Source: an uncultured delta proteobacterium (GTDB taxonomy: Bacteria; Desulfobacterota; Desulfobaccia; Desulfobaccales; 0-14-0-80-60-11). Taken from it: a DNA stretch of 64,000 bases. The notes under the pieces were generated by a model that worked only from the letters and a program-made list of their open reading frames with translations, made no database searches and was not told the DNA's origin. Both the position numbers and the translations under genes were made by a program. The DNA lies in contig CAVYJK010000019.1 of assembly GCA_963768765.1 (NCBI GenBank), forward strand, positions 11,604-75,603. Direction: 5' to 3'. This document shows positions 1-9,601 of this stretch, in pieces (position 1 is the stretch's first letter; the number at the start of each line of letters is the position of its first letter).

Positions 1-974
1 AAGGACGGCAGGGGCGGCTGGCCGTCCATTTCCCGTACCAGGTTTTCGATGATGGTGTCCGCTTCGTAGTGGGCCACCGCCCCGGCCTTGGAAGTGGGCA
101 CGTTGGTGGCGTCGCCGATGACATAGACGTGGTCGTAGTTTTTGGCCTTCAGGGTGTTGTGGTCCGTATCCACGTAGCCCATGGGGTCGCCCATGCCGCT
201 GTCCATGATGACCTGGGCGCCGAAGTTGGGCGGGATGGCTACCAGGAGGTCATAGGGCACCTCCTCCCCCCCATAGGATTTGATGACCTTTTTGGCCCCG
301 TCCACCGAGGCGATCTGGAAGTTGGGGGTAACCTTGATGTTTTTCTCCTGGCAGATGTTACCCAAGATCTCTGCCGCCACCGGCTTGGTGAAGGCCGCGG
401 ACAGGGGCGTCACCAGTTCGATTTCAATTGAGTCCCTCACCCCGTGGGTGGCGAAAAACCAGTCGGCCATGAAGGCGAACTCCAGGGGGGCCACCGGACA
501 TTTGAAGGGCAGTTCGGCGATGTTGATGACCACCCGGCCCTTGTCGAAATATTTCATCTTCTCATACAGCGCCACCGCGCCGTCGGCGCTATAGAAATTG
601 TGGATGTCGCGCCCCATCCCCTCGCTCATGCCCTCCACTTCTTCCGGCACGATGCGGCAGCCGGTGGCCACCACCAGCCAGTCATAGGCATAAGTGTCTC
701 TCTTGGTCTTGACCTGCTTTTTGACCGGATCGATCTCCGTTACTTCATCCAGCACAAAATTGACCCCAGGAGGGATATATTTGATTTTGGGTTTAACGCA
801 GTCTTCCGGGGTGTAGATGCCGAAGGGTATGAAGAGCCAGCCGGGCTGGTAGTGATGCTGCCAATCCCGGTCGATAATGATTATCTCCCATTTGGATTCC
901 AGTAATTTTTGTCGCATCTTGGCGGCGATAATGGTGCCGCCGGTGCCGCTGCCCAGAATCACCAGTTTCTTCAT
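1..974 (-). CDS. FAD/NAD(P)-dependent oxidoreductase, sulfide:quinone oxidoreductase (SQR type III)-like; 3' end runs off the window
   Basis: Read manually from ATG 974: MKKLVILGSGTGG (Rossmann motif), HHYQPGWLFIPFG, FKCPVAPLE, VYVIGDATNVPTSKAG. Not in the ORF track because it has no stop inside the window. Confidence 0.85.
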   Translation of the reverse strand, partial: MKKLVILGSGTGGTIIAAKMRQKLLESKWEIIIIDRDWQHHYQPGWLFIPFGIYTPEDCVKPKIKYIPPGVNFVLDEVTEIDPVKKQVKTKRDTYAYDWLVVATGCRIVPEEVEGMSEGMGRDIHNFYSADGAVALYEKMKYFDKGRVVINIAELPFKCPVAPLEFAFMADWFFATHGVRDSIEIELVTPLSAAFTKPVAAEILGNICQEKNIKVTPNFQIASVDGAKKVIKSYGGEEVPYDLLVAIPPNFGAQVIMDSGMGDPMGYVDTDHNTLKAKNYDHVYVIGDATNVPTSKAGAVAHYEADTIIENLVREMDGQPPLPS

Positions 975-1208
975 GCCGGTAGCCTCTCCTATTCCCAGGA
1001 ATTTAATATATTATATAATACTATTAATTATTTTTCTTTGCATAAGTTAAGACCGCTAAATAATTTTTCTACCCTTTCAGGTCAAATAAATGGACGCCAG
1101 GGCCCCGGGAAGCCCTTAACCCAAGATTCATCCCCTGCCCGGATGGGCCGGACCTGAAGCAGGGTGCACCCGAGCCCAAAACCGGCAACCGAAAACTCGT
1201 TCTTCCCC

Positions 1209-1237
1209 TTGACTCATCCGGCAATTCAAGCTAAGAT
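1209..1237 (+). promoter_or_regulatory. sigma70-type promoter of the formate dehydrogenase gene
   Basis: TTGACT-17 nt-TAAGAT, about 65 nt upstream of ATG 1301. Confidence 0.6.
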
Positions 1238-1239
1238 GA

Positions 1240-1257
1240 ACGTGAATTAATCCACAA
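1240..1257. promoter_or_regulatory. Rex-like operator
   Basis: ACGTGAATTAATCCACAA versus Rex consensus TTGTGAA-N4-TTCACAA, immediately downstream of the -10 box. Confidence 0.45.
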
Positions 1258-1300
1258 AGATAATTTTTTGGTGCAAACCCAACGACTTAGGAGTGGCTCC

Positions 1301-3342
1301 ATGGACTTTCGGACCGTTTACACCACCTGTTCCTATTGCGGCTGCGGCTGCGGCATCTTGCTGGAAGTATTGAACGAAGACGTCATCTCCTCCCTACCCG
1401 TGAAGACGCACCCCGTGAGCCAGGGCAGTCTTTGCATCAAGGGCTGGAATATTCACGAATTCATCGGCAGCGACCAGCGCCTGAAGACGCCGCTGCTGCG
1501 GAAGAACGGGGAACTGGCGCCGGTGAGTTGGGACGAAGCCATGGACGCCGCGGCCACCGGGCTCAAGAAAGTGGTGGAAAAGTACGGCCCCGACGCGGTG
1601 GCGGTGCTGGCCTCGGCCAAAGTCACCAATGAAGAGAACTACCTGATCCAGAAGTTCACCCGGGCCGCCATCGGCACCAACAACGTGGACCACTGCGCCC
1701 GACTCTGACACAGCTCCACCGTGGTCGGTCTGGCCGCGGCTTTCGGTTCCGGCGCCATGACTAACTCCATCCCGGAGTTTGCCGATTGCAAAGCCATCTT
1801 TGTCATCGGCTCCAACACCACGGAGGACCACCCCATTGCCGCCAAGTGGATCATGCGCGGCAAGGCCAAGCGGCGCCAAGCTCATCGTGGCCGACCCCCG
1901 CTGGATCCAGCTCTCCGACCTGGCGGACGTGGCCGTGCAGCAGCGCCTGGGCAGCGACGTGGCTCTCATCAACGGCCTGATGCACATCATTATCAAGGAA
2001 GGCTGGCACGACCAGGCCTACGTGGATGAGCGCACCGAGGGCTTTGAAGCCCTGGCGGCCAAGGTGGCAGAGTACCCCCCCGACAAGGTGGCCCAGATCA
2101 CCGGCATCCCGGCGGCGACCCTTAAGCAGATGGCCGAGCTCTACGCCAAGAACAAGCCCGCGGCCATCATCTACGCCATGGGCATCACCCAGCACACCAC
2201 CGGGGTGGACAACGTCAAGTCCTGTGCCAACCTCGCCATGCTCACCGGCAACGTCGGGCGTCGCCTCCGGCGGGGTCAACCCCCTGCGGGGCCAGAACAA
2301 CGTCCAGGGGGCCTGCGACATGGGGGGCCTCCCCAACGTCTTCACCGGCTACCAGCCGGTGGCTGACGAGGCGGCCAATAAGAAATTCTCCGAGTTCTGG
2401 GGTAAAGATCTCCCCAAAAAACCGGGCCTCACCATCATGGAGATGTTCAACGGCATCGACGAAGGCAAGATCAAGGCCCTCTACGTGGTGGGCGAAAACC
2501 CCATGGTCACCGACCCGGACCTGCACCACGTGGAAGCGGCCCTGAAAAAGCTGGAGGTCTTCATCGTCCAGGACGTCTTCCTGACCCAGACGGCCAGGCT
2601 GGCCCAGATCGTGCTCCCCGGCACCTCCTTCGCCGAGAAGGACGGCACCTTCACCAACACCGAGCGCCGGGTCCTCCTGGTGCGCCAGGCCTGCAAGCCC
2701 GTGGGCGAGTCCCGCCCCGACTGGCAGATCGTTTGCGATCTCTCCACCCGCATGGGCTACCCCATGAAATACAACTCCGCGGAAGAAATCTTCGAGGAAC
2801 TCCGCAAAGTCACCCCCAGCTACGCCGGCATAACCTATAAGCGTCTGGAGAAGGCGGGCTTGCAGTGGCCCTGCCCCACCGAAGAGCACCCCGGCACCAT
2901 GTTCCTGCACAAGGACCGCTTCACCCGGGGCAAGGGCATGCTCCACGCCATCGACTACAAGCCGCCGGCGGAGGAACCGGACGCCGATTATCCCCTGTTC
3001 CTCACCACCGGCCGGTCCTTTGTCCACTACCACTCCGGCACCATGACCCGGGTCTCCCCCACCCTGAACCGGGAGATGGCAACCGGCTACGTGGAAATCA
3101 GCCCCACGGACGCCAAGGCCATGGGGATTAAAGACGGCGAGCGGGTCAAGGTCAGCTCCCGCCGGGGCGAGATCCAGATCAAGGCCAAAGTCAGCCGCAA
3201 GGTGGACCGGGGCGTGGTCTTCATCCCCTTCCACTTCGCCGAGGCCGCGGCCAACGTCCTCACCAACCCGGCCTACGACCCGGTGGCCAAGATCCCGGAA
3301 TACAAGGCCTGCGCCGTGAAAGTGGAAAAACTGGCGGCGTAA
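1301..3342 (+). CDS. fdhF: Formate dehydrogenase alpha subunit (Mo/W-bisPGD), selenoprotein; two apparent sequencing frameshifts (~1865, ~2257)
   Basis: CSYCGCGC...C 4Fe-4S motif, DHCARL-TGA(1706-1708)-[21 protein letters not shown]-terminal [10 protein letters not shown]; RBS AGGAG. Confidence 0.93.
1719..1739 (+). promoter_or_regulatory. Bacterial SECIS hairpin
   Basis: CCGTGGTC-GGTCT-GGCCGCGG, an 8-bp stem starting 10 nt after the in-frame UGA; the GGUCU apical sequence matches the E. coli fdhF SECIS. Confidence 0.8.
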
Positions 3343-3372
3343 GGGACTAAAATGGAAGTGGAATACCGCGAG

Positions 3373-3630
3373 GTGGGCATTGCCCACCCCGCGGTCGTTT
3401 TGGGGGAAGGGGCCAGGGGCGGACAGCCCCTGCCGCCCTCCCCCAAACCCCGCTCCCCCAACCCCATAAGAAAAATGTAGGGTGGGCATTGCCCACCAAA
3501 CAATGAGGGGCGACCCGACGGGTCGCCCCTACCTTTCTGATGCCTTGGCATGAATCCATAATGCTTATGCTGTCAGTGGCACAGGCGTCTCGCCTGTGCA
3601 AGGAGGGGCGGTTCGTGAACCGCCTCTACT
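3373..3630. repeat. Cluster of REP-like palindromes (GTAG/GTGG-tagged) plus a G/C-tract hairpin repeat
   Basis: GTGGGCATTGCCCACC twice, AGGGGCGACCCGACGGGTCGCCCCTAC, GTGGCACAGGCGTCTCGCCTGTGC (also at 4918), GGGGCGGTTCGTGAACCGCCTCTAC. Confidence 0.8.
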
Positions 3631-3674
3631 TTTTTCTCTGTGTCTCTGGGTCTCTGTGGTGATAAAATTGCCAC

Positions 3675-4883
3675 ATGAATGACTTGATAGAGGCAATCAA
3701 AGCGCAGGCCCAGGAATTGACCGAGGAACTCACTTCCCTGCGTCGCGACTTCCACCAGCACCCGGAACTCTCCCACCAGGAGGAGCGCACCGCCCGCCGG
3801 GTGGCGGAATACCTGGGGAATTTGGGCCTCGAGGTGCGCACCGGCATCGCCGGCCACGGGGTGGTGGGGGTGCTTAAGGGCGCCCGCCCCGGCCGCGCTG
3901 TGGCCTGGCGGGCCGACATGGACGCCCTGCCCCTCACCGAAAAGGTCAAGGTCCCCTGGCGCTCCAAGGTGCCCGGGGTGATGCACGCCTGCGGCCACGA
4001 CTTCCACGTGAGCATCGCCCTGGCCGCGGCCCGGTTGTTGAGCGGACTTAAGGAGCAACTGGCCGGGCGGTACGTCTTCATCTTCCAGCCCGCGGAAGAG
4101 GGCCCGCCCCAAGGGGAGATGAGCGGCGCCCGGGGCATGGTGGAGGCCGGCGTCCTGGACGACCCCCCCGTTGCCGCCATCTGCGCCCTGCACGTGGCCC
4201 CCAACCTGGAGGCGGGCCACCTGCGGTACGGCTCCGACGCGGTGATGGCCGGGGCCGACCACCTCACCCTCACCGTCACCGGCAAATCAGCCCACGGCGC
4301 CACGCCCCACCGGGGAGTGGACCCCATCCTGGCCGCGGCCCTCCTGCTCACCCAGGTCCAGGCCTTTCTGGCCCAACGCCTGGACCCCCGCGCCCCCAAG
4401 GTCCTCACCTTCGGGAAGATCGAAGGCGGCAACCGCTTCAACATCCTGGCCGACGCCGTGAGATTAGAAGGGAGCCTCCGGTACTTGCAGGACTCCGTGC
4501 GCCAGGAGGTGCTCACCGGCCTCAAGCGCCTCTTTGACGGGCTCTCCAGGGCCACCGGGGCCGAAATCGCCCTGAGCGCGGATCATATCTATCCCATCCT
4601 CCGCAACGACCCCCAGCTCAGCGAGCGGGCCGTCCCACTGCTCAAAACCCTGGTGGGCCCGCAGCGCCTCAAATCCTTGCAGCCGGCCATGGGCAGCGAA
4701 GATTTTTCTTACTTTGCCGCCAGGGTCCCGGCCTTCTATTTCTTCCTGGGGGTGCGCCCCCCCGGCGCCCGGGCCCAGGCCCTGCACTCCCCCCACTTCA
4801 ACCCCGACGAAGCCGCCCTGCCCTGGGGCCTCACGGCCGCGGCGGGGCTGCTGGCGGCCCTGGGTGAACCCGAAGCCCAATAA
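3675..4883 (+). CDS. M20 family amidohydrolase
   Basis: RRDFHQHPELS, RADMDALP, MHACGHD, FQPAEEG, MGSEDFS, LHSPHF. Confidence 0.92.
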   Translation: MNDLIEAIKAQAQELTEELTSLRRDFHQHPELSHQEERTARRVAEYLGNLGLEVRTGIAGHGVVGVLKGARPGRAVAWRADMDALPLTEKVKVPWRSKVPGVMHACGHDFHVSIALAAARLLSGLKEQLAGRYVFIFQPAEEGPPQGEMSGARGMVEAGVLDDPPVAAICALHVAPNLEAGHLRYGSDAVMAGADHLTLTVTGKSAHGATPHRGVDPILAAALLLTQVQAFLAQRLDPRAPKVLTFGKIEGGNRFNILADAVRLEGSLRYLQDSVRQEVLTGLKRLFDGLSRATGAEIALSADHIYPILRNDPQLSERAVPLLKTLVGPQRLKSLQPAMGSEDFSYFAARVPAFYFFLGVRPPGARAQALHSPHFNPDEAALPWGLTAAAGLLAALGEPEAQ

Positions 4884-4894
4884 GCAGGCGCTCT

Positions 4895-5242
4895 AATACC
4901 GGGTCACAATCAAAAAAGTGGCACAGGCGTCTCGCCTGTGCGGCACAGGCTTTAGCCTGCGACTACCAAAGATCGCCTTCTAATAACAACCCGAGACCTC
5001 TGCGAAAATCTCGATTATTTCGCTGGTTAATCAAAATGTAGCGTAGGCGCCCTCGCCTGCGACCATATAAGGCATGGGCAGCCGAGGGCGGCTATCCTAC
5101 ATGAGATTTTCGCAGAGGTCTCAACCCGGTATAAGACGGGCGGACACGCAGGTCCGCCCCTACAATAGAGTCGTTGTGGCAAAAATACGTAGGGGCAACC
5201 CGCTGAGTCGCCCCTTACAGTTGGTGGGCCGTCCCCACCTAC
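4895..5242. mobile_element. Nested MITE-like elements carrying REP-like palindromes, followed by further GTAG/CTAC REPs
   Basis: Perfect 20-bp inverted repeats GAGACCTCTGCGAAAATCTC (4993-5012) and 5103-5122, flanked by AACCC direct repeats, lying inside an outer ATACCGGGT...ACCCGGTAT pair. Confidence 0.7.
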
Positions 5243-5286
5243 TCTTCTTCAGTGATTGCAGGGAGTCGCGGTTGGAGGCAGTGAAC

Positions 5287-5841
5287 CTACTTCTCCCGGT
5301 GGAGACCCTTCACCCACTCCGGGGTGGTGGCCCCGGGGATGGAGTCCCCTTCGGGGATGTAGGGCTTCAGGTCCAGGATGGGGGAGCCGTCCTGGGCGTC
5401 CAGGTCCGCCACTTCCACCACGTTCCCCTCTACCTTGACGATGCGGCAGGCGGTGAGCCCGATGAGGTTGGGCCTGACCGGCGCCCGGGTGGCGAAGACC
5501 CCGGTCAAAGGGTTGGCCGGGTCCCGGCGGGGATGCACCTTGAGGGTGGCCCGCTCTTCCGGACGGTCGTTTTGGTGGAACCAGTAGAAGACCCAGAGGT
5601 GGGAAAAACCTTCCAACCCCTGAAGGGCCGGAGCGAATTCCGGCTTGATGGTAAGGACGGTCCGTTCTCCCTGCCGCTGGACCACGCCCACGGGGTTCAG
5701 ATGGATGGGATCGATTTTGTGCACCCTGGGGTCCTTTTCAGCAGTTGGATTTTTTGCTTCAGCGGCTTTGGTAATGCCAGTATAAGCCATTCCCAATAAA
5801 AGCCAACCCACCATCCCGGTAAACACCAGCCAGCGCGACAT
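5287..5841 (-). CDS. trmO: TrmO/TsaA-family SAM-binding beta-barrel (tRNA m6t6A37 methyltransferase-like) with a signal-peptide-like N-terminus
   Basis: LEGFSHLWVFYWFH, GVFATRAPVRPNLIGL, LDAQDGSPILDLKPY. Confidence 0.8.
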   Translation of the reverse strand: MSRWLVFTGMVGWLLLGMAYTGITKAAEAKNPTAEKDPRVHKIDPIHLNPVGVVQRQGERTVLTIKPEFAPALQGLEGFSHLWVFYWFHQNDRPEERATLKVHPRRDPANPLTGVFATRAPVRPNLIGLTACRIVKVEGNVVEVADLDAQDGSPILDLKPYIPEGDSIPGATTPEWVKGLHREK

Positions 5842-5856
5842 CGGGATCCCCTTAAT

Positions 5857-7200
5857 TTATTCCCTGTAGGGACGCACCTGTTTATGCGCCCAAAATCGAG
5901 GGCGGACACCTGGGTCCGCCCCTACAAAAGATAAATTTCCTCCTACAGGTCTTCCCAATAGAAGCTCACGATGGGCGGAAAGGTCGAGGCCGCAGGCCTC
6001 GGCTTTCCGGCCCCATCCCTTAAGGGATTGGGAGCGGGGGTTTGGGGGAGGGGTGTAAGGGCTCTCTGCCCTTAGCCCCCTCCCCCAAAGAACTAATTGT
6101 ATCCCTGGCCCCCTCCCCCAAGACTTCTCCTCCAGCGCCGCCGCCACCAGCGCCGGGGGCACGTTCTCCCGGATCACCGGCTCCCCCAGGCGGCGGAGGA
6201 GCACGAAGACCAGGCCGTCTTCCCGGCGCTTCTTGTCCAGACCCAGGGCGGCCAACACCGCCCCGGGGTCCAGGTCCGGCCCCTTACGGGTGAACCCGAA
6301 GTCCTGGATGAGGCGCCGGCCCCAGCGGGATTCCTCCGCCGGCAAGCCGGCCAGTTTTTCGGAGAGCCTGAGAGCCGCCACCATGCCCAGGGCCACCGCC
6401 CGGCCGTGGGGCAGCCGGAAGCTGGAGGCCTGCTCCAGGCTGTGGCCCAGGGTGTGGCCGAAGTTGAGGATGCGGCGCAGGTCCCCTTCCCGCTCATCGG
6501 CGGCCACCACCCGGGCCTTGATGGCCGCGGCCCGGTGGATGATGTCCGTCAAGGCTGCCTCATCGCCAAATAGCCCGGAGCGCTGCGCCGCCAGGCGGTG
6601 CAGGAGGTCCGGGTCCCGGATGAATCCGGCCTTGATGACCTCGGCCAACCCGTTGAGCCGTTCGGCCCCGGGCAGGGTCCGCAAAAACTGGGGGTCCACC
6701 GCCACCAACCGGGGCTGGTGAAAGGTGCCCAGGAGGTTTTTCCCTTCCGGCAAGTTGATGGCGGTTTTGCCGCCGATGGCCGCGTCCACCATGGCCAACA
6801 AGGTGGTGGGCACCTGGATGAAGTTGAGTCCCCGCATGAAGATGGAGGCCAGGAAACCGGTGAGGTCCCCCACCACCCCGCCCCCCAGGGCGAGGAGGAC
6901 CGAACCCCGGTGGGCCCCGCGGGTCAGGAGTTCCCGGGCCAGGCGCTGCACCACCGCCCAGGCCTTGGCCCGCTCCCCGGGAGAAACGGTGAGCAGCGCC
7001 GGGGCGTAGCCGGCCTGGGTGAGGGCTTCCAGAACCGGCCCGCCGTGCAGGCGGGCCACCCGGCGGTCGGAGACCACAAAAAGACGTTGGGGCAATTTCA
7101 GGGGGGCGAAGACTTCCCCCAGACGTAGGCGCAAACCCGGCGACAGGACAATCCGATAGCTCTGGTCGCAGCCCGGCAGGGAGAGGGAAATCTCCCTCAA
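5857..7200 (-). CDS. aroB: 3-dehydroquinate synthase; the conserved part ends near 6120 and the frame then reads through repeats
   Basis: LGGGVVGDLTGF, PTTLLAMVDAAIGGKTA, LNFGHTLGHSLE, HGRAVALG, DKK; TTG start overlapping the aroF stop. Confidence 0.9.
   Translation of the reverse strand: MREISLSLPGCDQSYRIVLSPGLRLRLGEVFAPLKLPQRLFVVSDRRVARLHGGPVLEALTQAGYAPALLTVSPGERAKAWAVVQRLARELLTRGAHRGSVLLALGGGVVGDLTGFLASIFMRGLNFIQVPTTLLAMVDAAIGGKTAINLPEGKNLLGTFHQPRLVAVDPQFLRTLPGAERLNGLAEVIKAGFIRDPDLLHRLAAQRSGLFGDEAALTDIIHRAAAIKARVVAADEREGDLRRILNFGHTLGHSLEQASSFRLPHGRAVALGMVAALRLSEKLAGLPAEESRWGRRLIQDFGFTRKGPDLDPGAVLAALGLDKKRREDGLVFVLLRRLGEPVIRENVPPALVAAALEEKSWGRGPGIQLVLWGRGLRAESPYTPPPNPRSQSLKGWGRKAEACGLDLSAHRELLLGRPVGGNLSFVGADPGVRPRFWAHKQVRPYRE
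5866..6121. repeat. REP-like doublet plus multi-hairpin G/C-tract element
   Basis: GTAGGGACGCACC...GGGCGGACACCTGGGTCCGCCCCTAC; hairpins shared with 46981-47168 and 57997-58181. Confidence 0.75.
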
Positions 7201-8204
7201 CTCCAGCCTCCGGGCCTCAGAGATTCGATCTCCCGCATCAAGGCGGCAAACTGCTCCGGGTACAAGGACTGGGCCCCGTCGGAGAGGGCCTTTTCCGGCT
7301 CGTGGTGCACTTCGATGAGCAGCCCGTCGCAGCCCGCAGCCACCGCGGCCCGGGCCAGGGGCGGCACCAGATCCCGGCGCCCCGCCGCGTGGCTGGGGTC
7401 CACCACGATGGGGAGATGCGACTCCCGGCGCACCGCCGGGATGGTGGCCAGGTCCAGGAGGTTGCGGGAATGCTCGCCGATGCCCCTGACCCCCCGCTCG
7501 CACAGGATCACCTGGGGGTTGCCTTCCGCCAGGATATATTCCGCCGCCATGAGCCACTCTTCCAGGGTGGCGTACATGCCGCGCTTGAGCAGGATGGGTT
7601 TGCCGGTGCGGCCGGCGCAGCGCAGCAGGGAAAAGTTCTGCATGTTCCGGGCCCCGATCTGAATGATGTCGGCGAACTCCGCCACCAGCTTCAAGGAGTC
7701 CTGGTCCATGGCCTCGGTAACGATCAGGAGACCCGTCTCCTCCCGCACCTTCTTGAGGATCTTCAGGCCCGTCTTTCCCAGCCCCTGGTAGCTGTAGGGG
7801 GAGGTGCGGGGCTTGTAGGCGCCCCCCCGAAAAATCCGGGCCCCGCACGCCTTGACCTTTTCGGCGATGGTCAGGGCCTGGGATTCGCTTTCCACCGCGC
7901 AGGGGCCGGCCATGATCACAAAGCGGCCCCGGCCCAGGTCCAGGTCCGGCAGGTGGATGATGGTATCCTCCCGTTTCATTTCCCGGCTCACCAGCTTGTA
8001 GGGCCGGGAGACGGGAATGGCCTGGATCACTCCCGGCATGTCCACAAAGAGGGCGGGGTCCACCGGCCCGGGGTTGCGCAGGATGCCGATGGCCACCCGT
8101 TCGCCGCCGGGCATGGGCTGGGCCACGAAGCCCAGGGTCTCGATCTTGGCCACCACCGCGTTAATCTGGGGTTGGGTGGCGTCCTTGTCCATCACGATTA
8201 GCAT
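7197..8204 (-). CDS. aroF: DAHP synthase (type I-beta, N-terminal regulatory domain)
   Basis: AGPCAVES, FRGGAYKPRTSPYSYQG, QIGARNMQNF, CERG, VDPSH. Confidence 0.95.
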   Translation of the reverse strand: MLIVMDKDATQPQINAVVAKIETLGFVAQPMPGGERVAIGILRNPGPVDPALFVDMPGVIQAIPVSRPYKLVSREMKREDTIIHLPDLDLGRGRFVIMAGPCAVESESQALTIAEKVKACGARIFRGGAYKPRTSPYSYQGLGKTGLKILKKVREETGLLIVTEAMDQDSLKLVAEFADIIQIGARNMQNFSLLRCAGRTGKPILLKRGMYATLEEWLMAAEYILAEGNPQVILCERGVRGIGEHSRNLLDLATIPAVRRESHLPIVVDPSHAAGRRDLVPPLARAAVAAGCDGLLIEVHHEPEKALSDGAQSLYPEQFAALMREIESLRPGGWS

Positions 8205-8434
8205 GATAGGTCTCCGTAGTTATGCCCGCAATGTGGTCGAGGACCCCGCATGGAGCCAAAGATGGCGTTCCCGGGAAGATCGGGGGGGCAAGACCCCGGC
8301 CGCCGGAACCATTCGCAAAAATCCCCAAGTTTTTTTATCAAGGATCGGCGGTAAAAGCAACCGATGGTGCAAGCCCCAACCGGACGACGAGAAAGGGGCT
8401 GAGTTTGCCCTCTAATATGATTTTGCCAGTGCTT

Positions 8435-8773
8435 TTAGGCCGCACAGGGGATTGATGGGCAAAGTGACGCTTCCAGGGGGAAGGGAAAGATGGACCGGGC
8501 CCCGGCCATGGCCCGGGCATTCGCGGCCCTTTGCAGCTCGCATTTCACCACGTAGAGGTAACCCAGGTCCACGGCCAGGCCCGTCAATCCCAGCATTACC
8601 ATGAGGCTGAGGGCGGTTATTATGATCACCGCCCCTTTCTGGTCGCCGAACCGGGGCGCCCGGCGCGTTTTCCTTACCCGGGGCCCGGTCCTCTCACGCC
8701 CCCCGGGGGCAAACCCGTCGCCTCGGTTTGCGTCCGGGTCTCTCCCAGGCTTCAGCCCGCCAGTTTTAGCCAT
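8435..8773 (-). CDS. TadG-like Flp pilus assembly protein, N-terminal fragment
   Basis: QKGAVIIITALSLMVMLGLTGLAVDLG...ELQRAANARAMAGA motif; stops after 112 aa. Confidence 0.65.
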   Translation of the reverse strand: MAKTGGLKPGRDPDANRGDGFAPGGRERTGPRVRKTRRAPRFGDQKGAVIIITALSLMVMLGLTGLAVDLGYLYVVKCELQRAANARAMAGARSIFPFPLEASLCPSIPCAA

Positions 8774-9288
8774 TCCGCCACCGCCAACACAGAAGGGTCA
8801 TCCCCAGGGCCAGGGCGGTTCCATAAGGAATGGTCTGGCTTTTCGGGGTCCCGGCCACCGAGGAGTCCTCCCTGGGAGGCGCAAAGCAGCAGGTTCACCA
8901 GGAAGACCCAGCCCTGGCGCGCCATAGTCCGAAGCAGGCCGCGCCGCCACAAGACCACTAAAATTATCAGACCGCCGGAGAGACCCATGTAGATAAACAG
9001 GAAAAAGGTGCGTTTGACACCCAACCAGGCCCCCATGGCCGCCAGGGCCTTGACGTCTCCCCCACCCATGCCTCCCTTCCAGTAGGGGAAAAGCAGCAAG
9101 GCAAGTCCCAGGATCAGACCCGCCAGGGAATCGGCCAGGCCGGGCCAGCCGTGATAGCCCAGCTGGTAGCCCATGCCGGCCGCCGCCCCGCCCAGGGTGA
9201 GGTAGTTGGGGATACGGCGGGTCCGCAAGTCCGCCCAGGCAATGGCCAGGCTGATCAAGAGGGGCAACAGCAGGTCGGCCCGCGCCAT
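8766..9288 (-). CDS. A24 family prepilin peptidase (CpaA/TadV); apparent frameshift near the C-terminus
   Basis: DLRTRRIPN, GMGGGDVKAL; an alternative frame supplies IPYGTALALG and a stop at 8766. Confidence 0.85.
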
Positions 9289-9601
9289 CAGCCGGGGGGC
9301 TTTCCCTGCCAGCCAACTGAGCCACGTTGCTTCCACAACCTGACTAGTCGGAATTTTCCGGGATTCCTTGATTTTGGCGCACCTTTGCGCCGGCGCGGCC
9401 CTTCAGGGGTTGGAGGCGTCCGAAAAATTTCTTTCTGGTCTCGGCCCCTTGATGGTAAAAAAAGGGGGAGAAGGACGCCTTGGTCGCTGACTAACCTGGA
9501 ATGCCCTGCTTTTCAGAAAAAGCCCAGGCCGATGCCCCAATCCAGGGAGCGACAAATGTTAGCTCAGAGATTAATTTCCCGATAAATCTGAGGAAATCTT
9601 T

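Noticed and set aside
3373-5242. Possible CRISPR array among the repeat clusters
   Set aside because: The repeats are heterogeneous palindromes without constant-length unique spacers, and there are no cas genes in the window.
9372-9390. sigma54 promoter TGGCGCACCTTTGC
   Set aside because: GG-to-GC spacing is 9 nt rather than 10.
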